Sequence record: SRR2962707_3772
DNA: 64,000 nt
Reading direction: 5' to 3' (one strand)
Made by a program: the position numbers and the translations under genes. Under the pieces are notes generated by a model. The model did not search any database. It was given only the letters and a program-made list of their open reading frames with translations, and was not told the origin of the DNA. Numbering within the stretch: the stretch's first letter is position 1; each line of letters starts with the position of its first letter. This document shows positions 19,230-28,387 of the stretch, piece by piece.

Positions 19230-20957
19230 TTAAGCGTTATTTGACTTAGCTTGATCGCTGAGCGCTTGCTCACGTATTGAACTAAGCAATTGGCCTGGTG
19301 CAATGCCATTTGAGTCGTATCTGAGCTCAATAATGGCGGGCAGCTTTTCTGTTTCAGCAAAAGACAGCGCATCACGGAAAGCCTGTTCAAACTCAGTGTC
19401 TTTCGTGACTATGGCACCTTTGCCTCCGTAGGCTTCAATCAGATTAGAAAACTCAGGGTTGGCGAAAGTGAGGGCAATTTCACGACCAGGGAACTCTCTT
19501 TCTTGGTGGGCACGAATCGTCCCCCACATACCGTTGTTGAACACCAAGATGACAATGCCCAACTTGTACTGCATCGCCACAGCCAACTCTTGTAAATTCA
19601 TTTGAAAGCAACCATCACCGGCGTAGCAGATAGACGGCTCATTTGGGTATTCAAATTTATAACTGATGGCGGCAGGCAAACCGTAGCCCATGGTGCCGAC
19701 AGTGGAGGCTAGAGAGCTACCATGACCAGAGAATTGCATGTAACGATGGGGATAAAGTGCATAGTTACCGGCACCCACGGTCACACAGCCACGCCCGCCT
19801 AATACTTCATTGACTGTGCAAGAAACCTTGTCGAGGCTTAACGAACCAGGGGAACTAAGCGGGGTTAACGACGCCAGATAGGCTTGGCGTGCTTGCTGAC
19901 GTAGACTTGCCCAACGAGCAGCTTGAGTGGGTGTTAGCTCCGCGAGCATAGAGGCAAAACCGCACACACTGGCATTAATAGCAAGGTCTGGGCGATACAC
20001 TCGGCCCAATTCTTCAGGGTCAGGGTAAACATGAATAAAGGTTTGCTTTGGTTGAGGCGATTCGATCCATGAATAGCCTTCACTGCTGGCTTCGCCAATG
20101 CGGGTTCCAACGGCAAGGATGAGGTCGCTGTTTTTTAATTGTTGACGCAATTCTTCTGTCATCGACCAGCCAACATGGCCGACAAATTGCTCGTCGTGCT
20201 GGTCATAACATTCTAAGCGGCGCCATGCGACGCCAACGGGTAGGTCGAATCGTTTCGCAAACTCAGCCACTTGTGCTGTGGCTGTGGTGCTCCAACCGCT
20301 GCCGCCAATCAAAAGAAAAGGACGTTCAGCCGCCTCTAAGCGTGTTTGTAAATCCTGCATTTGCTGTGAATTTACATAGCTTTGTAGTGGCGCCATCGGG
20401 GCGACATTGGCCACAACAGATTGATCCCACAAGACGTCTTCAGGTAGGGCTAAAACAACAGGGCCAGGTCTGCCGCTGGTGGCTACATTCCAAGCACGAG
20501 TAACGTATTCTGGGATGCGGTCGATAGAGTCGATTTGCGCCACCCACTTAGTCATTTCGCCGAACATGCGGCGGTAGTCGATTTCTTGGAAGGCTTCGCG
20601 TTCGACAAAGTCATTGCCTACTTGGCCAACAAATAAAATTAATGGCGTAGAATCTTGATACGCGGTATGCACACCAACCGATGCATTTGTTGCCCCTGGA
20701 CCACGGGTGACAAAGCAGATTCCAGGTTCACCGGTAAGCTTGCCGTAGGCTTCTGCCATATAAGCTGCGCCACTTTCTTGACGACAAGTGACGGCTTGGA
20801 TGCTGTCTGTGTGCTCATTAAATGCATCGATGCAGGGCAGGTAGCTTTCGCCAGCGACCATAAAAATGCGTCGTGCACCTTGCATTTTAAGTTGCTCAAC
20901 TAGAATTTGTCCGCCGTTGCGTACTTGTGTTTGTTTATCTTGTGTTGCATGAGACAT
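19230..20957 (-). CDS. Thiamine-diphosphate-dependent enzyme (acetolactate synthase-like superfamily), substrate unknown
   Basis: GESY, RQESGAAYMAEA, TRGPGATN and the ThDP motif GDGCFQMN...FNN. Confidence 0.85.
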   Translation of the reverse strand: MSHATQDKQTQVRNGGQILVEQLKMQGARRIFMVAGESYLPCIDAFNEHTDSIQAVTCRQESGAAYMAEAYGKLTGEPGICFVTRGPGATNASVGVHTAYQDSTPLILFVGQVGNDFVEREAFQEIDYRRMFGEMTKWVAQIDSIDRIPEYVTRAWNVATSGRPGPVVLALPEDVLWDQSVVANVAPMAPLQSYVNSQQMQDLQTRLEAAERPFLLIGGSGWSTTATAQVAEFAKRFDLPVGVAWRRLECYDQHDEQFVGHVGWSMTEELRQQLKNSDLILAVGTRIGEASSEGYSWIESPQPKQTFIHVYPDPEELGRVYRPDLAINASVCGFASMLAELTPTQAARWASLRQQARQAYLASLTPLSSPGSLSLDKVSCTVNEVLGGRGCVTVGAGNYALYPHRYMQFSGHGSSLASTVGTMGYGLPAAISYKFEYPNEPSICYAGDGCFQMNLQELAVAMQYKLGIVILVFNNGMWGTIRAHQEREFPGREIALTFANPEFSNLIEAYGGKGAIVTKDTEFEQAFRDALSFAETEKLPAIIELRYDSNGIAPGQLLSSIREQALSDQAKSNNA

Positions 20958-21232
20958 GGCTTTCTCCAGAATTTTTTAATTCGTGCTTGAGTCCAAACAC
21001 AGAGATAAAGGTCATCGTTGTAAAATCAGCATTTAAATAATGAATAAGGCGTGATAAAAATCATCTGCATCATATTTATCTTTACTTGCCTGTTCGTCAA
21101 TTTTGCAAATTTAATAGGGCGTATAATTCGATTTTATGTGAATTTAAAACGCACGAGTCCCTTCTCTCATTAATTGAATTTAAAGAGTAAAAATGTATTG
21201 GTGTTTTGTTTTGTGTCTTTTTAGAAGTCTTT

Positions 21233-21940
21233 CTAAGTTTCTAATTTAGGTATTTGCTTTATGTCTATTATGCACTTTGAGCGAAAACCTGATTGATAAG
21301 AGAAAGCCAAATCTTTTTCATAGTCAGATTTGTTTTTTTGACTTTCGGTTAAATCAGGCCAAGGTCCATCAATGGCGATAATAGAATGTTGCAAACAAGT
21401 CGCTAGAAAGGTTTCGCGCTGAGGTCTCATCATTTCCATTCTCATTGGCTCTTTTGATAACCCCAAGGATGTTGATAAATCCCCAGTGCCTAGCAAAGCT
21501 GCCAAAATGTTCGCAGGGCAAGACATGATCGCCTCGAGATTTGTTATCCCAGCATGGCTTTCGATGGTGGGCACAATAGGAGTATTTGCCAAGCCGCACT
21601 GCGTCATTGCGTCAGTGAGTAGCAACAATTGTTCGGATGTTTCTACTTGTGGAAGAAAGAGAGCATAAGGCTTGGTGTGGCCGAGCAACAAGAGTTGTTC
21701 GGCCCCTCCATTTGATAACGCGTCGATGCGAATGGCACAAGCGACCTTGTTTTGTTGGCAGAGAGTCACCGCTTGTTGGAATTGCTTACAAGCAAGAATT
21801 TTGTTTTCTTTTGCGGTGAACTCTTCCAAATCGATGACGATGACGGTTGGCGACGCTTTGGCCGCCTTTTCAATCGCATCAAGGTCATCCCCTGCAATAA
21901 ACAGCCAAGAATCAATGGTGTTTGAGCTTGAAATAGTCAT
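21233..21940 (-). CDS. Divergent CitE / HpcH-HpaI aldolase-lyase family protein
   Basis: SWLFIAG, VIDLEE, AIRI, PTIES, GTGDLS and AIDG motifs; last gene of the TRAP operon. Confidence 0.65.
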   Translation of the reverse strand: MTISSSNTIDSWLFIAGDDLDAIEKAAKASPTVIVIDLEEFTAKENKILACKQFQQAVTLCQQNKVACAIRIDALSNGGAEQLLLLGHTKPYALFLPQVETSEQLLLLTDAMTQCGLANTPIVPTIESHAGITNLEAIMSCPANILAALLGTGDLSTSLGLSKEPMRMEMMRPQRETFLATCLQHSIIAIDGPWPDLTESQKNKSDYEKDLAFSYQSGFRSKCIIDIKQIPKLET

Positions 21941-21943
21941 GCG

Positions 21944-23227
21944 TTACTCCATTAAATTCGGTAGGTAGAGAACAATTTCAGGCACAAAGATTAATAATAT
22001 AAGTACCATGACCATAGACGCTAGCATTAATAATAATGGACGGAATGCCTCAGATGTTTTTATTCCTGCAATGCGACAAGAGGCCATTAGATCAATACCA
22101 AGCGGTGGTGTGTTTGCCCCAATGGCGAGGTTTATGGTTAATAAAACACCAAAATGTATTAGATCGATGTTGTAGGTTTGTAATAAAGGTAAAACAATCG
22201 GTGTGATAATAATAATGATGGCAATACTTTCCATGAAAGTACCAAGAACTAATATGACAGCCATCAATAAAAGTAAAACACTGTATTTACTGCTTGTTAG
22301 ATCCGCTATTAATGCAGCAACCGCTTGAGGAACCGCTTCATAACTTAAACACCAAGCGAATAACCCCGCCGCAGCGATAATCAACAAAATGGCCGCGCTG
22401 GTTTCTGCGGTTTCCTTTAGTGAATCCCATAGCGCGTTTAGATCCAAGCAACGGTAAATGAAAAAGCCCAAAATCAATGCATAAACAATGGCAGAAATGG
22501 CGGCTTCGGTTGGTGTGAAAATCCCCAGTCTAATACCACCGATGATCAATACCGGCACGATAAGCGCTGGAATAGCATCACGTAATGCGATCAGTTGCTC
22601 CATTCTGGAAAAGCGTTTACCGCCAGACCAGCCGTTTTTCTTGGATAAATACACAGCAACAATAATGAGCCCTGTTGCCAATAGTATTCCAGGAATAATA
22701 CCGCCCATAAAAAGTTTGCCGATGGACGCATTGGCCGTGGTGCCATAAATGATCATCACGATACTAGGGGGAATAACCGTCCCTAACGAACTTGACGTGC
22801 CGACCAAGGCCGCGCTGAAACCAGGCGCGTAGCCTTCTTTTTTCATCGCAGGTAATAGCATACTGCCGATGGCGACAACGTCCGCCACTCCAGAGCCTGA
22901 TAAGGCGCCAAAGAGCATACAAGCCAGCACGGCAACCACGGCTAAGCCACCTGGTTTGTTTCCAACGATCGCCATGCATAAATTAATAATGCGGACCGTG
23001 AGCCCTGCTCGGTTCATCAGTTGGGCAGCAAAAACAAACAGAGGAATCGCCAGCAATGTGAAGCTATGCATGCCAGCCACATATTGTTGTGCTGCGACCA
23101 TCATGGGCGCCGCATCAAAAAATAATAAGTACCCTAAAGCCGCAATGAGCAGGCTAAATAGGATAGGTACGTCAATAATTAAACAGACAGCAAAAATTGC
23201 TAATAGTGATAAAGCGCCACTACTCAT
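21944..23227 (-). CDS. dctM: TRAP transporter large permease
   Basis: LLAIPLF, SGSGVAD, IPPSIVMIIYG, FTPTEAA and NTPPLG motifs. Confidence 0.9.
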   Translation of the reverse strand: MSSGALSLLAIFAVCLIIDVPILFSLLIAALGYLLFFDAAPMMVAAQQYVAGMHSFTLLAIPLFVFAAQLMNRAGLTVRIINLCMAIVGNKPGGLAVVAVLACMLFGALSGSGVADVVAIGSMLLPAMKKEGYAPGFSAALVGTSSSLGTVIPPSIVMIIYGTTANASIGKLFMGGIIPGILLATGLIIVAVYLSKKNGWSGGKRFSRMEQLIALRDAIPALIVPVLIIGGIRLGIFTPTEAAISAIVYALILGFFIYRCLDLNALWDSLKETAETSAAILLIIAAAGLFAWCLSYEAVPQAVAALIADLTSSKYSVLLLLMAVILVLGTFMESIAIIIIITPIVLPLLQTYNIDLIHFGVLLTINLAIGANTPPLGIDLMASCRIAGIKTSEAFRPLLLMLASMVMVLILLIFVPEIVLYLPNLME

Positions 23228-23684
23228 GGGAAGATCTCCAACTTGCACATAAGGTTGCAATGTGAACAAGGCCAATAAAAGTACAGCTCACAGGTACACT
23301 GAGATACAGCAGTCCGACTGGCCACTGCATTGCAGGGGTGTGTTGATTTATCGTCAGCAAGGTAAGATCCCAGCCCGATTTGGTTAATAAGACCATCGCC
23401 GCAATAATCAGCACATCTACCAGACGGTGAAGTAGTCGGGTTATTTTTTGGTTTTTTAGCCACAGAGCCAAAATGCCAGCCGACAGGTGAGAGTTGTTTT
23501 TACTGCACCAAACAGCCCCCGTCATAGCGACCCAAATTAATAGGAACTGAGGAAGCTCCTCTGCCCAGTGCGGTGTGACGCCAGCAAAGAAGCGCATAAA
23601 AACGATCCAGGCGATCAGGGAGGCCATAATGGCCACCCCGACAGCGGAAAGGTAAAGGTTAAGTTTGATTAAAAGGCGCAGCAT
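23220..23684 (-). CDS. dctQ: TRAP transporter small permease
   Basis: 154 aa, about four TM segments, WAEEL motif; between dctP and dctM. Confidence 0.85.
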   Translation of the reverse strand: MLRLLIKLNLYLSAVGVAIMASLIAWIVFMRFFAGVTPHWAEELPQFLLIWVAMTGAVWCSKNNSHLSAGILALWLKNQKITRLLHRLVDVLIIAAMVLLTKSGWDLTLLTINQHTPAMQWPVGLLYLSVPVSCTFIGLVHIATLCASWRSSHE

Positions 23685-23687
23685 TTT

Positions 23688-24689
23688 TTACTCTCCAGAT
23701 GTTTGTTCTGCTGCGGCGTATTGTTTGACTAAGTCGATCATGTCCTTGCCTAGAATGGGTTCGTATTTCTTCCAAACAGGGGCAACCGCGGCGGCAAAAG
23801 GCGCAGTATTTACCGTATTAATAACCATGCCTTGATCTTCTAGTTTCTTAATCAATTTGGAGTCGTCGTTCTGGGTCATAACTCGCTGTTTATCACGCCA
23901 TTTATCGGCTAGTTTCTGCACCGTTACCTGATCTTCATCAGACATACGCTTCCAAGTGTATTGGGAAAAAGCCAAACAAGCAGGAGACCAAACGTGGCCA
24001 GTTAATGAAACGTACTTTTGGACTTCATAGAAAGAGGAGGAGTAAATAATAGCCAGTGGATTTTCTTGAGCATCGAATACGCCCTGTTGAAGAGCGGAAT
24101 ACAGCTCACCAAATGCAAGAGGTGCAGGGCTGGCGCCTAAGCCAATAAAGGCATCGAGTCGCATCTTGTCTGGCGTAACGCGGATTTTTAAGCCATCTAG
24201 GTCTTTAGGCGTGTTAATCGGTGCTCGATTATTGGTGATATGACGAAAGCCATTTTCCCACCAAGACACGATTTTAATATTGTGCTTGAGAGCAAGGTTT
24301 TCTAAGCGATCACCAAGCTTGCCGTCATAGGCAGCATAAGCGGCTTGACGATCCGGCCAAGCATAAGGGAGTTCTGAAATACCAAATTTTGGTTCAACCG
24401 GCTGGAATGAACCACAGCCAATGATACCGGCTTGAATGCTGCCAATTTGCAGGCCTTCAACTAGGGTGTTTTCATTGCCTAATTGGCCACTCGGGTAGAG
24501 CTTGATAGTAACGCGGCTGTTGGTTTGATTTTTAACGTCTTCGGCAAATCCTTTTGCTGCCACATTCCAGCTATGGGACTCTGGCAATACGTCCGCCAGT
24601 TTGATTTCCAATGCTAAGGTTTGGTTTGCGGCCAGTGCGATGGAAATTGCACTGAAAGTGAGTAGTGAACTTTTGATGGAGTTTCTCAT
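23688..24689 (-). CDS. dctP: TRAP transporter substrate-binding protein
   Basis: Signal peptide; QLG.E, ENGFRHIT, GLKIR and ELYSALQQG..DAQEN motifs. Confidence 0.92.
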   Translation of the reverse strand: MRNSIKSSLLTFSAISIALAANQTLALEIKLADVLPESHSWNVAAKGFAEDVKNQTNSRVTIKLYPSGQLGNENTLVEGLQIGSIQAGIIGCGSFQPVEPKFGISELPYAWPDRQAAYAAYDGKLGDRLENLALKHNIKIVSWWENGFRHITNNRAPINTPKDLDGLKIRVTPDKMRLDAFIGLGASPAPLAFGELYSALQQGVFDAQENPLAIIYSSSFYEVQKYVSLTGHVWSPACLAFSQYTWKRMSDEDQVTVQKLADKWRDKQRVMTQNDDSKLIKKLEDQGMVINTVNTAPFAAAVAPVWKKYEPILGKDMIDLVKQYAAAEQTSGE

Positions 24690-24970
24690 AATTTACCCTT
24701 TGTGTAATATTTGTTATGTCAACTACACAATTGCTTAAATTTTGTGAATCTACAATTTTTTATATTTAATGATGCGCATAAATTTGATTAATACCATTTG
24801 TATTTTACGTCGCTGCACTAAAATAGAGTTTTTAGGTAGCCGCGCTAGGCCAGATGCAGGGTGCGTTTGCTGTGAGAGGGGGGTTCTTGCCCCATTTTGG
24901 TGTTGGGTTTTGTTTTGTTATTGTGCGCTTTAGTGAGAGACATTAAATTTCAAAGAGGGGTGTTGAGAAT

Positions 24971-25003
24971 AAAAAAACCAGAGCAGGCAACTGATCTGGT
25001 TTT
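24971..25003 (-). terminator. Rho-independent terminator after the peroxiredoxin gene
   Basis: AAAAAAACCAGA...TCTGGTTTT; T-run on the minus strand. Confidence 0.6.
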
Positions 25004-25039
25004 CGTAGCGTTTGGTGAATTGCGTCTTAGTTTTTGAGA

Positions 25040-25693
25040 CTAAGAGGGCATTTTCGCCATACGAAGGTAAGGCAGTACCGCGTTTACTTCGCCAAATTTT
25101 TCTTTGGCCTGTTCGTCATTTAAGGACAGAGCCACGATAACGTCTTCTCCAACGGTCCAGTTGGCTGGCATGGCAATCGGTACGCCGTAGCTTGCTTGTA
25201 GAGCATCCAGTGCACGCAACACTTCGGCAAAATTACGTCCCACAGACATTGGATAAGTCATGGATAATTGCAGCTTCTTGTCTGGGCTAATGATAAATAC
25301 CACTCGCACGCTGGCTGAGTTTGCCGCGGTGCGACCATCGGGCAAGTAAGCATCGGCAGGTAGCATATCAAGCGCTTTTGACACCGTTAAGGATTCATCT
25401 GCGATGATCGGAAAGCTGGCTTTGGCACCAGAAAAAGACTCAATGTCTTTTTTCCATTCTTTGTGTTCTGCTACGCCATCAACAGACAAGCCAATTACCT
25501 TAGTACCGCGTTTTTCCCACTCAGCAGACAATTGAGACACGGCGCCAAATTCTGTCGTACACACGGGCGTAAAATCTTTCGGGTGGCTGAATAAAATGGC
25601 CCAGCTGTCACCAATCCAATCGTGAAGCTTAAAGGTGCCTTGATCTGTTTCGAGTTCTAAATTTGGAACGGTATCGTTAATGCGTAATGACAT
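25040..25693 (-). CDS. 1-Cys peroxiredoxin (Prx6 type)
   Basis: FSHPKDFTPVCTTE and YPMSVGRNFAEVLR motifs. Confidence 0.92.
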   Translation of the reverse strand: MSLRINDTVPNLELETDQGTFKLHDWIGDSWAILFSHPKDFTPVCTTEFGAVSQLSAEWEKRGTKVIGLSVDGVAEHKEWKKDIESFSGAKASFPIIADESLTVSKALDMLPADAYLPDGRTAANSASVRVVFIISPDKKLQLSMTYPMSVGRNFAEVLRALDALQASYGVPIAMPANWTVGEDVIVALSLNDEQAKEKFGEVNAVLPYLRMAKMPS

Positions 25694-25872
25694 CACTATT
25701 CTCCTTTGAGTCTCGTTTATTCAGCAGCCTATTCAGGTGACTGAGGTTTGGCCTATTGCGTTATGCAATTTAATTCTTTGCCGTCAAGTGCGTGACTTGA
25801 TGAAACAACATTAGATCTTTCTAATATTGCTTGCAACCACTATCGAACTATTGGCTTTATTTAAGAAAACTA

Positions 25873-27234
25873 TCACGACTCAAGTTTTCGATAGAGTGAG
25901 CGTAGACTAATGCCTGCCACCGCCGCCACCTTTTCTTTGTCATGATGATGGCGAGCCATTAACTCTGCCAAGTAATGTTTTTCCGCTGTTTTTAAGTCTG
26001 GCCATTCTGCTTTCGTTGCAGACATTATGCTGGCTTGGGGGGATGGGTGAGGCAACAGCAAATGCTCGCTGTGCTGGTGAAGCTCGTGGTCTATGTTTAA
26101 GCACTCTTCAATTGTGCGCCGTTCGATGAGGTTGGTGTCGGTCAAAATGATGGCGCGGTTAAGTATGTTTCTTAGCTCTCGAATATTGCCAGGAAAATCA
26201 TATCGTTTCAGAGTTTGCAGTGCCGAGTCCGTTAGGTGATATTCCTTTCCTTCGCTAATACGGGCCAATAACGTCGATATGAGCAAGGGCAAATCGTCTT
26301 GTCGTTCACGCAATGACGGCACATAAACGGGGAACACATTAATTCGGTAATAGAGGTCTTGGCGGAATTCGCCTGTTTTGACCATGTTTATCAGGTTTTT
26401 ATGTGTTGCGCAGACGAGCCTAAAATGGCTGTGCTTAACGGTTGATGAGCCAACTGGCCGAAAGGAGCCCGTTTCAATTAGCCGCAATAATTTCACTTGC
26501 ATAGAGAGCGGAACATCCCCTATTTCATCAAGGAACAAGGTGCCACCATTTGCCTGTTCTACTAAGCCAGTACGATGGTTGTTGGCACCGGTAAAGGCGC
26601 CTTTTACATGACCAAATAGCTCGCTTTCAAATAAGGAGTCGGTCAGTCCTGCGCACTCCAGTGTAACCAAAGGATTGTTGGAGCGTTGACTGCCTTGATG
26701 AATGGCGTGGGCAACCAGTTCTTTACCGCTGCCTGATTCACCCAGCAGCAAAACAGAGGCTTCGCTGTGACTTACACGGGTAATCTTCTCAAGCATTTGA
26801 TTGAATTTTTTACTGGAGCCAACCAGGGCGCTTGTGATGTTTTCTGCGCTAGCAACGGCGACAGCGCGTAATAATTCAACAAAGAAAAGCAGCTCACCTT
26901 GGTGGTCATGTATTGGCAGCATCTCGACATCCACATGTTCTTTTCCTCGAGGCGTTTGGTGGATGTGAAGCACTCGCTCTTTGTGCCCCGTTTGTTGTAC
27001 GGCGGATAGAGGGCAATCTTCTCCCGCTTCATCGCAGGGAACTGAGTAGCCGTGGGACACTTCAAAGCAACGAGGTTTTTTCGCAAATGAGACTTCTCCA
27101 AATTCTTGTCGATAGTACTCGTTAGTCGCAAGGATCTGATAATCCACAGAGACAAGAATGGCGGGGCAGTCGTAGCCCTCCAACATGTTTGAAAGAGCGC
27201 CATAAGGCAAACGGTCAGAAGCAATGATAGTCAT
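25873..27234 (-). CDS. fisR: Sigma54-dependent persulfide-responsive activator (FisR-like)
   Basis: PAS-like N-domain with C-x10-C-x6-C (RCFEVSHGYSVPCDEAGEDCP), GESGSGKE, GAFTGA and a C-terminal Fis HTH; divergent from pdo-sqr. Confidence 0.82.
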   Translation of the reverse strand: MTIIASDRLPYGALSNMLEGYDCPAILVSVDYQILATNEYYRQEFGEVSFAKKPRCFEVSHGYSVPCDEAGEDCPLSAVQQTGHKERVLHIHQTPRGKEHVDVEMLPIHDHQGELLFFVELLRAVAVASAENITSALVGSSKKFNQMLEKITRVSHSEASVLLLGESGSGKELVAHAIHQGSQRSNNPLVTLECAGLTDSLFESELFGHVKGAFTGANNHRTGLVEQANGGTLFLDEIGDVPLSMQVKLLRLIETGSFRPVGSSTVKHSHFRLVCATHKNLINMVKTGEFRQDLYYRINVFPVYVPSLRERQDDLPLLISTLLARISEGKEYHLTDSALQTLKRYDFPGNIRELRNILNRAIILTDTNLIERRTIEECLNIDHELHQHSEHLLLPHPSPQASIMSATKAEWPDLKTAEKHYLAELMARHHHDKEKVAAVAGISLRSLYRKLES

Positions 27235-27242
27235 AAAGGCAG

Positions 27243-27277
27243 TGTCATATTTGGCAAGGTTAGCGTCAAATATGGCA
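27243..27277. promoter_or_regulatory. Tandem palindromic enhancer sites, probable FisR UAS
   Basis: TGTCA-TATT-TGGCA (27243-27256) and CGTCA-AATA-TGGCA (27264-27277), 21 bp apart and about 100 bp upstream of the sigma54 promoter. Confidence 0.6.
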
Positions 27278-27332
27278 AAGTGGGTGAGATTAGTCAAAGA
27301 AAGTCGAATCAGAATTGTATTTTATTGATATA

Positions 27333-27345
27333 AATCAGTTGGTTA
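27333..27345 (+). promoter_or_regulatory. Possible IHF site
   Basis: AATCAGTTGGTTA versus consensus WATCAANNNNTTR, between the UAS and the sigma54 promoter. Confidence 0.45.
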
Positions 27346-27361
27346 GGTTTGTTTTTGATGT

Positions 27362-27377
27362 TGGCACGGTTTCTGCT
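27362..27377 (+). promoter_or_regulatory. Sigma54 (-24/-12) promoter of pdo-sqr-sulP
   Basis: TGGCACGGTTTCTGCT with GG-N10-GC spacing. Confidence 0.85.
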
Positions 27378-27435
27378 CTATATAAATAATCAACCGACTT
27401 TCGGTTACCAATTGATTAAATAGGGGAAACAGATC

Positions 27436-28314
27436 ATGACTCATTCCGTGATAACGCCCAAGGTTGCTGCTTTTTTTGACAAAAACTCCAACACATTTTC
27501 GTATGTTGTTAAGGACCCTAGCTCAGTAAGCTGCGCCATTATTGATAGCGTTTTAGATTTTGATTACGCCTCCGGTAGTACCTCTTATAGCGGTGCGGAT
27601 GAAATTATAGAGTATGTCAAAGGGCATAAGCTGAGCGTTGAATGGCTTATTGAAACCCATGTTCATGCCGATCACCTTTCAGCCGCACCGTATTTACAAG
27701 ACAAACTGGGTGGGAAAATTGGTATTGGCCAACAGATCACCACAGTGCAAGACACCTTTGCCACTGTCTTTAATGAAGGCGCTGGTTTTAAGCATGATGG
27801 ATCACAATTTGATTATTTATTTCAAGATGGTGAGCACTATCAAGTAGGCGCCATGCCTTGTGTGGCAATGCACACACCGGGTCATACCCCAGCATGCTTT
27901 ACTCATGCCTTAGGAGACGCTGTTTTCGTTGGTGACACCTTGTTTATGCCTGACGCTGGTACGGCGCGTGCCGATTTTCCTGGCGGCGATGCGGCGACCT
28001 TGTTCGACTCCATCCAAAAAATATTGGCCTTGCCTGACGGTTATCGCATTTTTATGTGTCATGACTATTGCCCAAACGGTCGAGAGTTAGAGTACCAAAC
28101 GACGGTTAAAGCCCAGCGTGAAAGCAATATTCATGTGCGCAAAGACATCAGCAAATCGGTTTTTGTTGATTTGCGTGAAACACGAGATAAAACCCTCGAT
28201 ATGCCGCGACTTATTCTACCTTCGTTGCAAATTAATATGCGCGCTGGGCACATGCCAGAGCCTGAGGATAATGGTTTGGCCTATCTAAAAATCCCATTGA
28301 ATGCCTTTAAGTAG
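27436..28314 (+). CDS. pdo: Persulfide dioxygenase (MBL fold)
   Basis: ETHVHADHLSAA, HTPGHT, GDTLFMPD.GTAR.DFPGG and CHDY motifs. Confidence 0.88.
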   Translation: MTHSVITPKVAAFFDKNSNTFSYVVKDPSSVSCAIIDSVLDFDYASGSTSYSGADEIIEYVKGHKLSVEWLIETHVHADHLSAAPYLQDKLGGKIGIGQQITTVQDTFATVFNEGAGFKHDGSQFDYLFQDGEHYQVGAMPCVAMHTPGHTPACFTHALGDAVFVGDTLFMPDAGTARADFPGGDAATLFDSIQKILALPDGYRIFMCHDYCPNGRELEYQTTVKAQRESNIHVRKDISKSVFVDLRETRDKTLDMPRLILPSLQINMRAGHMPEPEDNGLAYLKIPLNAFK

Positions 28315-28387
28315 CTCACTTATTCACAACATGATTATAAAAAATATTTTAATAACAATGACTTAATAGAAATATCGAGAGATCACT

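Noticed and set aside
19230-20957. ThDP enzyme as sulfoacetaldehyde acetyltransferase (Xsc), given the nearby taurine genes
   Set aside because: It lacks the Xsc-type N-terminal EAFV...FGI.GSA signature (it has GGQILV...GESY), has no pta neighbour and lies in a different operon.
24810-24910. NtrC-like sites (TGCACTAAAATAGAG, TGCCCCATTTTGGTG) upstream of dctP
   Set aside because: Degenerate matches, and no correctly spaced sigma54 promoter found on the minus strand.
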